From contig CAVQNG010000011.1 in NCBI GenBank assembly GCA_963713825.1, forward strand, positions 1 to 64,000: a stretch of 64,000 nucleotides of DNA, read 5' to 3'. The notes below the pieces were generated by a model. It did not search any database, had not been told where the DNA came from, and saw only the letters and a list, made by a program, of their open reading frames with translations. This stretch comes from an uncultured Acidobacteriota bacterium (GTDB taxonomy: Bacteria > Acidobacteriota > Thermoanaerobaculia > Multivoradales > JAHEKO01). Below, piece by piece: positions 36,080 to 47,771 of this stretch (the stretch's first letter is position 1; the number at the start of each line of letters is the position of its first letter). A program made the position numbers and the translations under genes.

Positions 36080-37558
36080 ATGGGTTCTCCGCAACGCATC
36101 GGCACGATTCGCGCTCTGCTTCTTCTGGGTGTGATCCTGATGTTGGTTGCAGCGTTCGCGAGGCTCCTCCATCTCGAAGCTGACTTTCCCATCGAGCTCA
36201 CGCAGTCCGGAGCTCCGATGTCGGACGAGGGCTGGCACTCCAACGCGGCGGTCCGCTACTGGCTGTTCGGCTATTGGTATCTACCGGGCGATGTCAACAG
36301 GGCCATCATGCAGCCGACGTTTCAGCTGCTTCAATGGATGACGCTCGGCGCCTTGGGAGTCAGCCTCACAACCGTCAGACTGCCGGCAGTCGTCCTGTTC
36401 CTGGGGCTCACCGTGTTGATGACCAACACGATCCGCACTCAGTCGAGGCTGATCGGAGGCATGGTCGCCATGGCCCTGCTGACGACCGATTTCCATCTTT
36501 TCGCCTACAGCCGCATCGCGCTCATCGACTTGCCAATGCTGTTTTTCGTGATCGCTTCGCTATGGCTCCTGATGACGATGGGCTCGAAACATGATCTTCT
36601 GGGCGGCATTTTGGCCGGGCTGGCGTACTCTCTGGCCTTGTTGACGAAGCCGACAGCGCTGTTCGCGGCACCGCTGCTACTGCTGTTCGCAGCGCTCGGT
36701 GACGAGGAGCTGAAAACAAGACTGAGACGGAGTCTCGGCTTCCTGGGAGCTACCGTGCTTCTGATCGGCTCGCAAATTGCGAGGGGCTTCGCCTACTTTC
36801 CTCAGGACATGGTCGATTACTTTTCTCTGGTGTCCTCCAAGGTCGAAGGGGATGGGCCGAGCTATGTAGATCGAGCCTGGACCGCGATCAGGATCATGGG
36901 CGGGAGGGATCTGCTCCTATGTGTCGCGTTGATTCTCGCGGCCATCTTCCTGCTGCAGCACTGGAAGAGAAATGGGCTGGCAGGGCATCGAGTGTCGGTG
37001 TTCTACCTGCTGGCGACGATCAGCTTCTTCGCAGTCATCGCTTCCACCCGGTATCAGCCGGTCCGCTATTTCGTTCCCTTCATCGCTCTGGCGATCGGTG
37101 TGGTCTCGATCGCGACCACCTTGGCGATAGCAAGACAGCGCTACTTCTTTGCCTCGACTCTCGCATTGCTGGTGACCCTCCACATAGGGCTCGGCACCTA
37201 TCGGATCGTCGACTATCTGGCCCACCCGAGATGGTCCTACAGCAATTTCTGTGAAGAGCTGAGAGCGGACCTGGAAAGTGGCGGTTCCAGGGTGCTGTTG
37301 ATGGGTGACATGGCCCCTCAGGTCTCCATTGCCACCGGCATCGAGGCCATCAGCGGACTGGTTGGCACCCAACCCGCCGCCTGGCGATTCCAGGAGTACC
37401 GTCCAACTCACCTGATTACCCGGAGCCCGTTCACCGAGCGGTTGATTGTCGCCATAGAGGATCTGGACAGCCCGGAGCTGATCAAGACCTATGACGTCCT
37501 GGAGAACTACTACGAAGGTCCTGTCTACCTCCACGCGGTGACACGGGCGGTCGACTGA
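36080..37558 (+). CDS. GT-C (ArnT/PMT, GT39/83-like) membrane glycosyltransferase
   Basis: SDEG motif in first loop, many TM helices, LTKP, RYFVP. Confidence 0.82.
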   Translation: MGSPQRIGTIRALLLLGVILMLVAAFARLLHLEADFPIELTQSGAPMSDEGWHSNAAVRYWLFGYWYLPGDVNRAIMQPTFQLLQWMTLGALGVSLTTVRLPAVVLFLGLTVLMTNTIRTQSRLIGGMVAMALLTTDFHLFAYSRIALIDLPMLFFVIASLWLLMTMGSKHDLLGGILAGLAYSLALLTKPTALFAAPLLLLFAALGDEELKTRLRRSLGFLGATVLLIGSQIARGFAYFPQDMVDYFSLVSSKVEGDGPSYVDRAWTAIRIMGGRDLLLCVALILAAIFLLQHWKRNGLAGHRVSVFYLLATISFFAVIASTRYQPVRYFVPFIALAIGVVSIATTLAIARQRYFFASTLALLVTLHIGLGTYRIVDYLAHPRWSYSNFCEELRADLESGGSRVLLMGDMAPQVSIATGIEAISGLVGTQPAAWRFQEYRPTHLITRSPFTERLIVAIEDLDSPELIKTYDVLENYYEGPVYLHAVTRAVD

Positions 37559-37836
37559 CCCTCATCCCAATCTGGGTACCGCCGCCTGAAGAAGGCCCAC
37601 TGGACTCCCCCATCCAGGGACGGGTGAAGACTCGCGCCTCAGTTGATTGTCGATGTCCAGGAGGATGTGTTGCCCAATTCGAAGCCGTCGAAAAAGACGA
37701 GGTTGAACTCACCCGGACCGCCATCCTCGCCCTCTCCGATGTAGAGAACCGCAGGGCTGCCGAAAGGAGATCGTGAACGTCCTCGAGGTTCCCGGGCGTG
37801 AAGCTGCCGGCAGCCTGTCGCGCTCCAGTGTCAGGG

Positions 37837-39447
37837 TCAAGCCAAACGCGCCGGCAGCACTTTCGTCGTATCGCCGAGATCGACGGTAGTCTTGGTGGGC
37901 GCTCCCTCGTCCAGGTAGATCAGGTAGTGCTTGCCTGGCTCTGCAACACAGTACACATTCGTGCCGGTCACGAGCTCGTCGTGAACATCGAGCTTCCAGA
38001 ACGGCACCATCAGTTGGTCCTCGAGATCGAAATCCAGTAGGAACCGGGTGCGATGTTCGACGAAAGACAAGCCTTCGGCCCCAGCGTCCAGGTTTGCGAA
38101 CCAGTTTCCAGGCTCAAAGGACCCTGCCCAGTTCGCCCCGAAAGCTCCAGGACCGGCGAGGACCGACCACCAGGCGAGCTGCCGGAAAGCGCTCCGGCGG
38201 AATGCCCGAGCCCTTCTCGGCCCGAATGCCGTCGTCTTCGGTCACAGGCTTGGCGGGCGTCTTGGCCAGGATGTTCCGCCAGGCTCCGACGCTCGTCGGG
38301 GCCGTCTGGTTGGCCGCCTGGACGCTGCGGTAGGTGGCTAGGGATGAATCATCGTCACCGTGCCGCGACGAGCGGGCATGGTCGAAGGGGTCCTTGTTCT
38401 CGAAGTATTGCTGCCACTCCTCCACCCAACCGGCGGATCGATACTCGAACAGATCGACGCCGTCGTTGTACACGACATTCCAGTAGCCGCCGAGACGTCG
38501 GATGACGTAGTCCCAATAGCGCCGCTCGTCGGCTGAGCTTTCGACTGGATAGAAGCTCTGATCGTTGTACATGACGACGTGGGCGATCATTCCCTTGCGC
38601 TGCATCTCCCTCACGATGGCATCGATGTTCTGCCACAGCGGCAGATAGAACCGTCGATAGTCGACATTGCTCGTCGAGTCGCCGAAATCGTTGGGGCTTC
38701 CCGATTTGGCCCAGGGCGTGACGTAGTAGTCCACACTGTTGTTCAGCTTTCGACCCCACCGAGGGGCCGGTTCGCCGTCCAAAGCGCTCCAGGGGGCGAT
38801 GCCGTCCCAGCAGGTCGAGCAGGTATTGATTCCGGTGGGCTGCAGACACGAAGAAGACCCCGTTGAAGCGGTGTTGCTGGAGCCAGTCGAGATACCCCTG
38901 CCAGCCACCGACGGTGGGATGAGCCTGATCGGCCGCTGCCAGGTACTTCGCATAGCCCAGGCTCCACAGCACCCGGCGGCCGTTGGCATGTCGCCAGGAG
39001 GTCGGACTGTCGTCGCTGGGCGCCACGGGTCCCGGGAGCTCGGACTGCGTGATCTTGAAGGATCCGGATTTGCTGTGAAGGCCGTTGTTCGAGGAGTCCG
39101 AAGCCACCGTCACCCACTGCCAGGTCCCCACTTCATCGGCCATGAACCGGATCTTCCAGAGATTGCCCTGTCCCCCAGACCCGTTCCCATCGTAGAAGCC
39201 ATAGACTCGCTTCGGCTGGCCGCTGGGCGAGGTGAAGTCAGCGAAGACAGAGACCCCCGTAAAAGGGTTGCTGTATGTCTTGCTACTGGTCAAGACGACC
39301 TCGTGCAGATCCCACTGCCCAACTGAGGCCGCGCCGGCCGGATGTAAAGCCTGCTGAGAAGAGACCAGCGCAGAGACGCAAGACCAGCGGCGGCGACGCA
39401 CGAGTGGTAAGAGATTTCGAGTGGACCAGTGATATGATTTTTTTCAT
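37837..39447 (-). pseudogene. DUF5060/DUF4038 (apiosidase-like) secreted glycoside hydrolase, split by several frameshifts
   Basis: VGQWDLHEV..NPF..FTSPSG..GFYDG..WKIRFMAD..GTW, then YVIRRLGGYWNV and AEPGKHYLIY in other frames; 3' end uncertain. Confidence 0.7.
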
Positions 39448-39876
39448 CCTGCTGAGTTTCCTGACAATTACTGGGCGAGGTGTTCGGGTTTGCGCCAACT
39501 GAAGACAGAACGCTGGGAAGCGCTTCACCTTCCACGCTCCCCAGCGGCGGGGCGGAGTGTACCGAATATCGCGATTTATGCAAGTGCCAATGTGTCCATG
39601 GTTCGAGAACAGGCGCAGCGAAGATGTCTCCAAAAGGCCCCTCGCTCACCGGAATGAACCCGATAGTCGCATCAGATCGGCGAGCCGGCAGTGGAAAATT
39701 CCACAGCCATGCTGGGTGCGTCGATGTAGCGGAAGGAGGGCTACTCTGCACGAAGGCGGGCGCAAGCCCCGCGCCTAACATTCTATAAATCTTGGGAACA
39801 CAGGGGAGGGTCTCGTCCCCTCCCATCCTCAAGGGTCGAGAGAAGGTGCGTGCTGGGGAGACTTCGATGATGCCGG

Positions 39877-40867
39877 TCATCCACTCGTCGAGCACCGACA
39901 CCGTTTCATCAACGACTTTGCGATCGTAGATCGCCCATTTCCTAGATGGGCTGACATTGGAGTAGTGATCCGACCGGCGAGGGTATGGTAGTCCTTCGGC
40001 TCGGCCATTTCACCGAAGTAGGCCCGCAAATAGATCTTGTCCACTTCGGGCTCTCTTTCACCATCGATCAGCAGCACCGGATGGTGCCCCTCGACTTGCA
40101 GGAGTGGCAGAAAATACTCCATCGGTCGCTTCAGGCCCGCGGTCGTGCCTTCGTCCCAGAGCCTCGCTCAACCAGATCTCCTTGGTGTACCAGTCTGGGA
40201 AACCCGAGCCGTAGACCTTACGGTGGGTCTGCTGGTTGCGACGCCACCAGTAGTCCGCCCGCACCGGATCCGCCAGATCTTCGATGACCCGACGGGAAGG
40301 ACCTATGGCGACGATGCCGCTAACAAGATCGTCCTGCAAACCAACCGTCATCCCGCTCGATACGCCAGCCGAGTGAGCGACGATGAAGAGTGGGGTATCG
40401 ACATCGCCTGGCTCGGATTCCAGGAGACTCAACCAGGCCTCGACATCGAAATCGCCGCTGAAGCCGCTCTCGTAGGGAATCGAGAACGAATCTTCGGACT
40501 CGCCGAAGCCCGCGAAGTCCGGAGCCAGGACCCGATATCCGGCCGCGGCCAGCCGCCGTCCCAGGACTCGGTAGAACGCCAGGTTGCTGCCTTGCGGTGT
40601 ATGCCCGTGAAGGAGCAGGACGGTAGCTCTGGAATCCCCTGGTGGCTCATACTCCCTTGCCACCAGCCGAAGACTCCCGCTGCGCCGGATCTCCACCTTG
40701 CGGTCGGGAGCGAAGACACCGGCTCTGAGATCCAACGGGCGGGTGGCTTCCAATCGCGCCCCGATGCCTCGCAGCTCCCACCTGTAGCGGTAGGCCGAGA
40801 CGGCTGTCAGGAGCACCAGTCCCACGATCATGGCGGCCGCGATCCACCGGAAGCGCAGTTGGCTCAT
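39877..40867 (-). pseudogene. Alpha/beta hydrolase, frameshifted
   Basis: LLLHG, PDFAGFGES, AHSAG nucleophile elbow; continuation PVLLIDGE in another frame. Confidence 0.75.
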
Positions 40868-41904
40868 CGATCTCGCCCTCCGCTCTCGACACCTACGGCG
40901 GGCGGAGCGACCATCGCATCTCGCGCCAGGAGCACCAGGCCAGGAAGTGAGCCCACGATGGTTATCGCGTCGGAGAGCAGGGAGAGCGACAGCGATTGCT
41001 CCACCGTCAGACCCAGTAGGGTGAAGACGAGGACCGAGGCCGCCTGGGCAAGGCCCCAGCCTTCGATGTAGATCGCTACCCTTCGCATCATCGTCGCAAC
41101 ACTGATCCCTGCGAGGAATACCGGCAGCTCGAGCTCGATACCGATGGCGCGGCCAGAGAAGTAGAGCATCGAGAACTGCACCACGTGCTCGAGAATCGTC
41201 AGAGCCAGAACCCGCACCACCGTCCAGGGCTTCCTGGCTACCAGGCGGTAGGCGGTCGAGAGCCGCTCGAGGATGCTACCGAGGCGCCGAGGTGCCAACC
41301 TCTCGACGACTTTCAGGAATCGGAGGTGCAAGCCTTCCAGCAACGAGAGAAACAGCAAGAGCAGGCTCGCCGCCAACCCGATGAGGCCAACCACCGCCAG
41401 CGATGCGTCCTGCTGACCGGTGCGTCGCACCACCAGGAGGAAGCTCAGACCAAGTGTGCCCAGAAGGAAGGCCGAGACGAGACCCAGGGCCTTTTCCATG
41501 ACCACCGTGGCGGCGACGACCGCCCGCTTACCGATGCTGCTGCCGATCCAATGGATGCGCAGAAGGTCCGCCCCGATCACCATGAACGGGACCTGACTCA
41601 CCATCGAGCTCCGGTAGTAGGCACCAAGGGCGCGCCCGAAATCGACGGCCACTTCAGCGGCCTTCAGGAGCCGGTGCCACTTCCACGCCATCAGAAAACG
41701 ACTTGTGGTGGCCAGGGCCAGGACAACCAGAACGTAGCGCCAGTCGGCCGAGAGAATGAGCTGCAAGACCTGCCCGAAGTCGACATAGCGGATCGCCAGA
41801 ACGACGACGCCCACCAAGATGGCCAGGTCGAGCAGTCGGCGCCAAAGCGGTCGCTTTCCCCGCAGTGCCATGGCATCCGGGCTCACCTGCTGATAGATCT
41901 TCAT
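40864..41904 (-). CDS. Lysylphosphatidylglycerol synthase TM / flippase-like (UPF0104) protein
   Basis: About 8 TM helices, RFLMAWKW..LL, GADLLR, EKALG, EGWG; start 41904 or 41970. Confidence 0.8.
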   Translation of the reverse strand: MKIYQQVSPDAMALRGKRPLWRRLLDLAILVGVVVLAIRYVDFGQVLQLILSADWRYVLVVLALATTSRFLMAWKWHRLLKAAEVAVDFGRALGAYYRSSMVSQVPFMVIGADLLRIHWIGSSIGKRAVVAATVVMEKALGLVSAFLLGTLGLSFLLVVRRTGQQDASLAVVGLIGLAASLLLLFLSLLEGLHLRFLKVVERLAPRRLGSILERLSTAYRLVARKPWTVVRVLALTILEHVVQFSMLYFSGRAIGIELELPVFLAGISVATMMRRVAIYIEGWGLAQAASVLVFTLLGLTVEQSLSLSLLSDAITIVGSLPGLVLLARDAMVAPPAVGVESGGRDR

Positions 41905-41956
41905 GGTAGATTTTCCGCGTCTGGCGGCATATTCTCGCACACCTCCGACACCTTCA

Positions 41957-42821
41957 ATGGTCTCTTCCACTCATTCGAACGCTCCCGGTGTTGGCACCGA
42001 CGCCAGCGGTCCCGAGTCGACCGCTGAGACCCCATGGCAGCTCGAAATGCTCGCCAAGTCGCTGAAGAAGCGTCAGAAGCTGCAACTCCTGCTCGACCAG
42101 ATTGGCGAGGCCGAAGAGATGCGTTGTCTCCTCATCACCAATGGCGACAACAACGGAGCTCTCAACTACTTCTTCCGTTCCCATGGCGGCAGACTGGACC
42201 TGGGTCGAGAACGAGCCCGACCAGATTCCGCAGATCGAATCCTTCCTTGGCGAGCCGGTTCTCAGCGGCAGTGCGGATTCGATTCCAGTCACCGACGGGG
42301 CGTTCGACGTCGTCGTGAGCATCGACGTTCACGAGCATCTCGACAACTGTCGCCCCTTCAACCAGGAGCTCGCTCGTGTTACCAGGCCGGGCGGCACGAC
42401 CATCGTTACGACTCCGAACGGGGGCGACTGGCGCCCCCTGACACTGCTCAAGAACCTCGTTGGCATGAGGCCGGAAAGGTACGGCCACAAGGTGGTCGGC
42501 TACACGATCGAGCAGCATCAAGCCATGCTCCGAGAGGTAGGGCTGCAGCCGGTTCGGGCCGGTAGCTATTCGCGCTTCTTCACAGAGCTCATCGAGCTCG
42601 TGATCAACTTCGCCTACGTCATGGTTCTCTCGAAGAAGTCGAAGAGGGAGCGTCCGGAGGGGAAGATCGCCCCGGGATCCTCGGAGGAGCTCGCCTCCAT
42701 GGGTCGGCAATACAAGCTCTACTCCAAGGTCTTTCCAATTCTCGACGCGGTCTCGAAACTGGATCGACTCCTACCTTTCTCCAAGGGCTACGCGGTCTCC
42801 GTCGTAGCCCGGCGCCCCTGA
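41957..42821 (+). pseudogene. Class I SAM-dependent methyltransferase, frameshift near 42190
   Basis: GDNNGALN..HGG | DWTWVE..FDVVVSIDVHEHL..RPGG..TTPN. Confidence 0.78.
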
Positions 42822-42837
42822 GGGGAGAATCGAGTCG

Positions 42838-43857
42838 ATGGCTGGCGACAAGGTCCTCGTAACTGGCGCCGGCGGATTCATCGGCAGCCATCTCACTCAG
42901 GCACTTCTGGAGAAGGGTCGGACGGTTCGAGCCTTGGACCTGAGTCTGGACAGAATTCAACATCTCGCGGCTAGCGCTTCCCTGCAACCGGTTGTCGCCG
43001 ACATTCGCGACGCATCGGCGGTCGGCAAGGCACTGTCCGGCGTCGGAACGGTCTTCCATCTCGCGGCGGCCCACCTCGGCGCCTCGACTCCGGAAGCCGA
43101 GTTTCAGGAGGTCAACGTCGAGGCAACCAGGCAGCTGACTTCCATGGCCAGCCAAGCCGGTGTGAGCCGCTTCGTCCACTGCAGCAGCGTCGGAGTGTTC
43201 GGCCGGATCGAGGCTCCTCCCGCCGACGAGACAACGGCCTGTAGGCCTGAGCTCGCCTATGAGAAGACCAAACTCGACGGTGAGAAAGTCGTCCTCGAAC
43301 AGGCGAGAGACGGAGGGCTTTCAGCCGTCGTCCTGCGACCCGTTTGGGTCTACGGGCCCGGCTGCGGGCGTACCGAAAAGCTGTTCAGGGCGATCCGCAA
43401 GGGTCGATTCGTCGTCGCGGGCTCGGGCGCTACGATGCGTCACTGCCTCTACATTCGGGACATGGTCGATGCCTTCCTGCTCGCCGAGACCGCCCCGGAG
43501 GCCACGGGAGAAGTTCTGATTATCGGAGACAACGAGCCTACGACCGTCAGGGACCTGGTCGACAGGATCGCTGAGATCACCGGCGCCAAACCACCTCGCT
43601 CTGTTCCTTTTGGACTTCTCTGGGCGGCTGCCATCGGGGCGGAGGCGGCGTTCCTGCCCTTGGGCAAGGAGCCCCCGCTGTCGCGCAGATCGTTGCGTTT
43701 CTTCACCGGAAACACGGCATTCTCGACCGAGCGGGCGAGGTCCCTGCTGGGCTTCGAGCCACGATACGATCTGACCAAGGGTCTCGCCGAGACGCATGAA
43801 CTTCTCGGCGATTCAAGAGAGGACTCTGGCATTGACCGGAGTCCATCTCATAGCTAG
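42838..43857 (+). CDS. NAD-dependent epimerase/dehydratase
   Basis: VLVTGAGGFIG, HCSSVGV, YEKTK, RPVWVYGPG; paralog of 2260-3249. Confidence 0.92.
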   Translation: MAGDKVLVTGAGGFIGSHLTQALLEKGRTVRALDLSLDRIQHLAASASLQPVVADIRDASAVGKALSGVGTVFHLAAAHLGASTPEAEFQEVNVEATRQLTSMASQAGVSRFVHCSSVGVFGRIEAPPADETTACRPELAYEKTKLDGEKVVLEQARDGGLSAVVLRPVWVYGPGCGRTEKLFRAIRKGRFVVAGSGATMRHCLYIRDMVDAFLLAETAPEATGEVLIIGDNEPTTVRDLVDRIAEITGAKPPRSVPFGLLWAAAIGAEAAFLPLGKEPPLSRRSLRFFTGNTAFSTERARSLLGFEPRYDLTKGLAETHELLGDSREDSGIDRSPSHS

Positions 43858-43890
43858 CGTCTCTCCTGGCGCAGACAGCCAGGATACGGC

Positions 43891-44721
43891 ATGGAACTCA
43901 AAGGACCTCCCTACCTCGTCGATGGGCACGTGCATCTCCATGCGTGCTTCGACACAGAGAAATTCTTCCGAGCCGCGGACGACAACTTCGAAGTGGCCGG
44001 CCGCGCTCTAGGGCTCCCCGAAGCGCCCGGCGGAATCCTATTGTTCGCAGAAAGCGCTGGGACCCACCGATTCAAGGAGCTCCAAAGGCTCGCCGGCGAT
44101 CCGGTCTCCTCCGGTCTCGACATCGAGTCCACCGGCGAAGAGCAGTCATTGCTCGTCGCTCCAGCGGGCGGCAATCCGATGATGGTGGTCGCGGGACGTC
44201 AGCTCGTGACCGCCGAGGATCTCGAAGTCCTGGCTCTGGGTTGCACATCCGACCTTCCGGACGGCCGATCAATCGGAGCTACATTGGACCTCGTCCGAGA
44301 GGTCGGGGCGATCCCGGTCATTCCGTGGGGATTCGGCAAGTGGCACTCGAATCGCCGTCGAGCTCTCCTCGAGTTGCTGCAGCAGCAAGCCCCGGGCGAG
44401 TTTTTTCTCGGTGACAACGGGGGACGTGCTGCCTTGCTGCCGCTGTCGCCACTCTTCCGCAGCGCTGCTGAGTCGGGCTTTCGGAACCTCCCGGGCTCGG
44501 ATCCCCTGCCGTTCGCTCGCGAGGAACAGCGCGCCGGGTCCTACGGATTCGTCTTCAACGAACAGCTGGATCCAGAGGCGCCCGCCACCGACCTCCTACG
44601 GCAACTGAACCGCTCGGAGTCAGGTCTTCCAGCCTATGGTTCCGGCCTCAGTGCTCACACATTCCTGCTGAATCAGGTAGGAATGCAGATCCGAAAGCGC
44701 CTGCGAGGCAAGCGGCAATGA
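43891..44721 (+). CDS. PHP-like metallophosphoesterase-fold hypothetical protein
   Basis: DGHVH N-terminal motif, LPGSDP C-terminal motif. Confidence 0.65.
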   Translation: MELKGPPYLVDGHVHLHACFDTEKFFRAADDNFEVAGRALGLPEAPGGILLFAESAGTHRFKELQRLAGDPVSSGLDIESTGEEQSLLVAPAGGNPMMVVAGRQLVTAEDLEVLALGCTSDLPDGRSIGATLDLVREVGAIPVIPWGFGKWHSNRRRALLELLQQQAPGEFFLGDNGGRAALLPLSPLFRSAAESGFRNLPGSDPLPFAREEQRAGSYGFVFNEQLDPEAPATDLLRQLNRSESGLPAYGSGLSAHTFLLNQVGMQIRKRLRGKRQ

Positions 44722-45890
44722 GAGGTCTTGTCATCGCTCCCCAGCCCTTCTTCAGTCCAAGGGGAACTCCATTCAGCGTCTATCATCGCTGCCTGGTGAT
44801 GGCGGAGATGGGAGTGGAGCTCGATCTAATGACCTACGGGCAGGGCCAGGACGTCGATCTACCCAATGTCTCGGTCCACCGCGGTCCAGCTTTCCGTTGG
44901 TTGGGTGATGTCCCGATCGGCCCCTCCGCCCTCAAGGCCTTCCACGACGTGTTTCTCTTTGCATCCTCCGGCTGGCGGCTCCTCTTCGAGCGCTACGATT
45001 TCGTGCATGCCCACGAGGAAGGGGTCTTTCTGGCAGCCCTTCTAAAACCCTTCTTCTCGTACAAACTGGTCTATGACATGCACTCCAGTCTGCCGCAGCA
45101 GTTGACCAATTTCGAATTCACTCGTTCGAAGAGGCTGATCGGGTTGTTCGAGTGGCTCGAGCGCTGGGCGCTGCGTAGGGCCGACGCCGTGATCACCATC
45201 TCGCCGTCACTGGCCAAGATCGTCGACGAGCAGCAGATCCCTGGAGCACACTTCCTGATCGAAAACTCGATCTTCGAGGAGATTCGCACAATACCCGCCT
45301 CGCCTCCTCCGGAGCTGGCCGGAGAGGACTTGCCGGAGCTGCCGGGAGATCGCCCGATTGTCGGTTACGTGGGCACGTTCGAGCCCTACCAGGGCATCGA
45401 TCTCCTTCTTCAGGCCTTCGCCCTGGTGCATGAAGCCAGACCAACGGCGTTTCTCCTCCTGGTAGGAGGGACCGACGAGCAGACCCACGGGTTTCAGCAC
45501 CGGGCCCGAGCGCTGGGCATCGAAGAACATTGCCTGTTCACAGGACGTCTCGAACAGAGCCAGGCCCGGCGCTTGCTGGCGAGAGTGGACCTCACGGTCT
45601 CACCCAGATCGCGGGGCACCAACACCCCACTCAAAATCTACGAAATCCTGGCCTCGGAAATTCCGTTGGTGGCGACCCGGATCGAATCCCATACCCAGAT
45701 ACTTTCCGACGACATCTGTGTGCTGGCCAATCCAGAGCCCGGAGATTTCGCCAAAGCCATCGTCTCGGCGCTCGACGATCCCGACAAGAGCCTCGAGATC
45801 GCGCAAGCGGCGCGCACCTTCTACGACGAGCATTACTCTCGCGCCGTCTACGACCAGAAAATCAAGGCACTCCTCGAGGCCGTCGGCTGA
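44718..45890 (+). CDS. GT4 glycosyltransferase
   Basis: YVGTFEPYQGIDLL, TNTPLKIYE. Confidence 0.92.
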   Translation: MRGLVIAPQPFFSPRGTPFSVYHRCLVMAEMGVELDLMTYGQGQDVDLPNVSVHRGPAFRWLGDVPIGPSALKAFHDVFLFASSGWRLLFERYDFVHAHEEGVFLAALLKPFFSYKLVYDMHSSLPQQLTNFEFTRSKRLIGLFEWLERWALRRADAVITISPSLAKIVDEQQIPGAHFLIENSIFEEIRTIPASPPPELAGEDLPELPGDRPIVGYVGTFEPYQGIDLLLQAFALVHEARPTAFLLLVGGTDEQTHGFQHRARALGIEEHCLFTGRLEQSQARRLLARVDLTVSPRSRGTNTPLKIYEILASEIPLVATRIESHTQILSDDICVLANPEPGDFAKAIVSALDDPDKSLEIAQAARTFYDEHYSRAVYDQKIKALLEAVG

Positions 45891-47771
45891 TGTGTGGCAT
45901 TGCAGGAATCGTTGCGCTGCCGGGAAAGAGGCCCCCGACCGCCGAGCAGATCGGTCGGATGTGCGACACCCTCGTGCACCGCGGGCCCGACAGCCATGGC
46001 ACGCTTCTCGAGGGCCCTGTCGGACTCGGGATGCGCCGCCTATCGATCATCGATCTAGCCCTGGGGGACCAACCCCTGTTCAACGAGGATCGATCGGTCA
46101 GCCTGGTCTTCAATGGAGAGATCTACAACTACCGGCAGTTGCGGAGCGAGCTCGAGGGCAAGGGACACACTTTCTCGACGGCGACCGACGGCGAGGTCAT
46201 CGCCCATCTCTGGGAGGAGTATGGAGACCGCTTCCCGGCCCAACTGAACGGCATGTTCGCCATCGCTCTGTACGACGCCAAGCAGCAACGCTTCGTACTT
46301 GGTCCGGGATCGCCTTGGGATCAAGCCGCTGTTCTTCACGCTTGATGGCGAACACCTGATTTTCGGATCAGAGGTCAAGGCGCTCCTCGCTTCGGGCCTG
46401 GTCGAACCACGGGTCGATCTGGACAGCCTGGCTCAGTTCCTGGCCTGGGAGTACGTCCCCGGCCCAGCGACTCTCTTCGAGCGGAGTCCAGAAACTCGAG
46501 CCTGGCTCGCTCCTGAGTCTCGGGATCGACTCTGGAGAAGTTCGCCAAACTCGGTGGTGGCAGATCCCATTCCCGAGGAGGCGGACTCGACGCTCTCCTC
46601 GGAAGATTGGATCGATGCGGTGGACGCCCAGATCCACCGGTCAGTGCGGAGCCAACTGGTCAGTGACGTTCCGCTTGGCGCTTTTCTGTCGGGCGGCGTC
46701 GACAGCTCTCTTGTTGTCGCTCACATGGGCTCGGCCCGAACCTTCAGCATCGGTTTCTCGGACCCGAGCTACGACGAAACGGCCTGGTCCGCCAGGGTCG
46801 CAGATCATCTCGGTGTGTCCCACCGCATCGAGATCCTGGAGCCCCAGATCGGCGATCTCTTCGAAGAGTTGCTGCACTACTTCGACGACCCCATCGGGGA
46901 CTTCTCCATCTTTCCGACCTATATGGTTTCGAAGTTGGCCCGAGAAGAGGTCAAGGTCGTGCTGACTGGCGATGGCGGCGATGAGCTCTTCGGAGGATAC
47001 GAGACCTACGTCGCTCAACAGTTGGCTCGAACCTGGCAATGGGTCCCCCGCTCCTTGCGATCCGGTCTCCTGGAGCCGTGGATGCGGGGTTTGCGGCCCC
47101 GGCCCGAAAAGAAGGGCCTCACCAACAAGCTGATTCGTTTCGCCGAAGGTCTGGGTCACGACTCACAGCTGGAGCATGCCCGCTGGCGACTCTTTGCCGG
47201 AGCCGAGCTCCAGAACCGTCTGCTGTCGCCCGAAGCGCGCAGACAGCTCGAGCTGCCTTTAGGGAATCACATTGCCCATCTGATGCAGGAAGCCGGAGCG
47301 CGTCCACCCCTCGATCGCAATCTCTATGTCGATGCGCGGAGCTATCTGGTGGACAATTGCCTCGTCAAGATGGATCGCATGTCGATGGCCTGCTCACTCG
47401 AAGCGCGCGTTCCACTCCTCGATCACGACCTGGTCGAGCTGGCATTTCGAGTGCCACCCGAGCTCAAGGTCAGAAACAGAGAGACGAAAGTCCTGCTCAA
47501 GAAGGCCGCGGTCCGGCACGTGCCCCACGACTGTGTCTACCGCCCCAAGGAAGGCTTCAGCATCCCCATCAAACACTGGCTTCGCGACGAGCTCCGGCCT
47601 CTGATGGAGGACCTCCTGAGTCGTGAAAGGATCGGTCGCGAGGGGATCTTCGAGGTCTCCGAAGTGGAAAGACTGAAGCAGGAGCACCTCGATGGGCGAG
47701 CCAACCACAGTCACGTGCTCTGGTCGATGATGGTCTTCGAAGACTGGGGCAGACGCTGGGGAGCGCTGTGA
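45890..47771 (+). pseudogene. asnB: Asparagine synthase-like amidotransferase, frameshifted
   Basis: MCGIAG, HRGPD, RRLSIID, FNGEIYN; RDRLGIKP, LSGGVDSS, GDGGDELF, SLEARVP; frameshifts near 46300 and about 46480-46570. Confidence 0.88.
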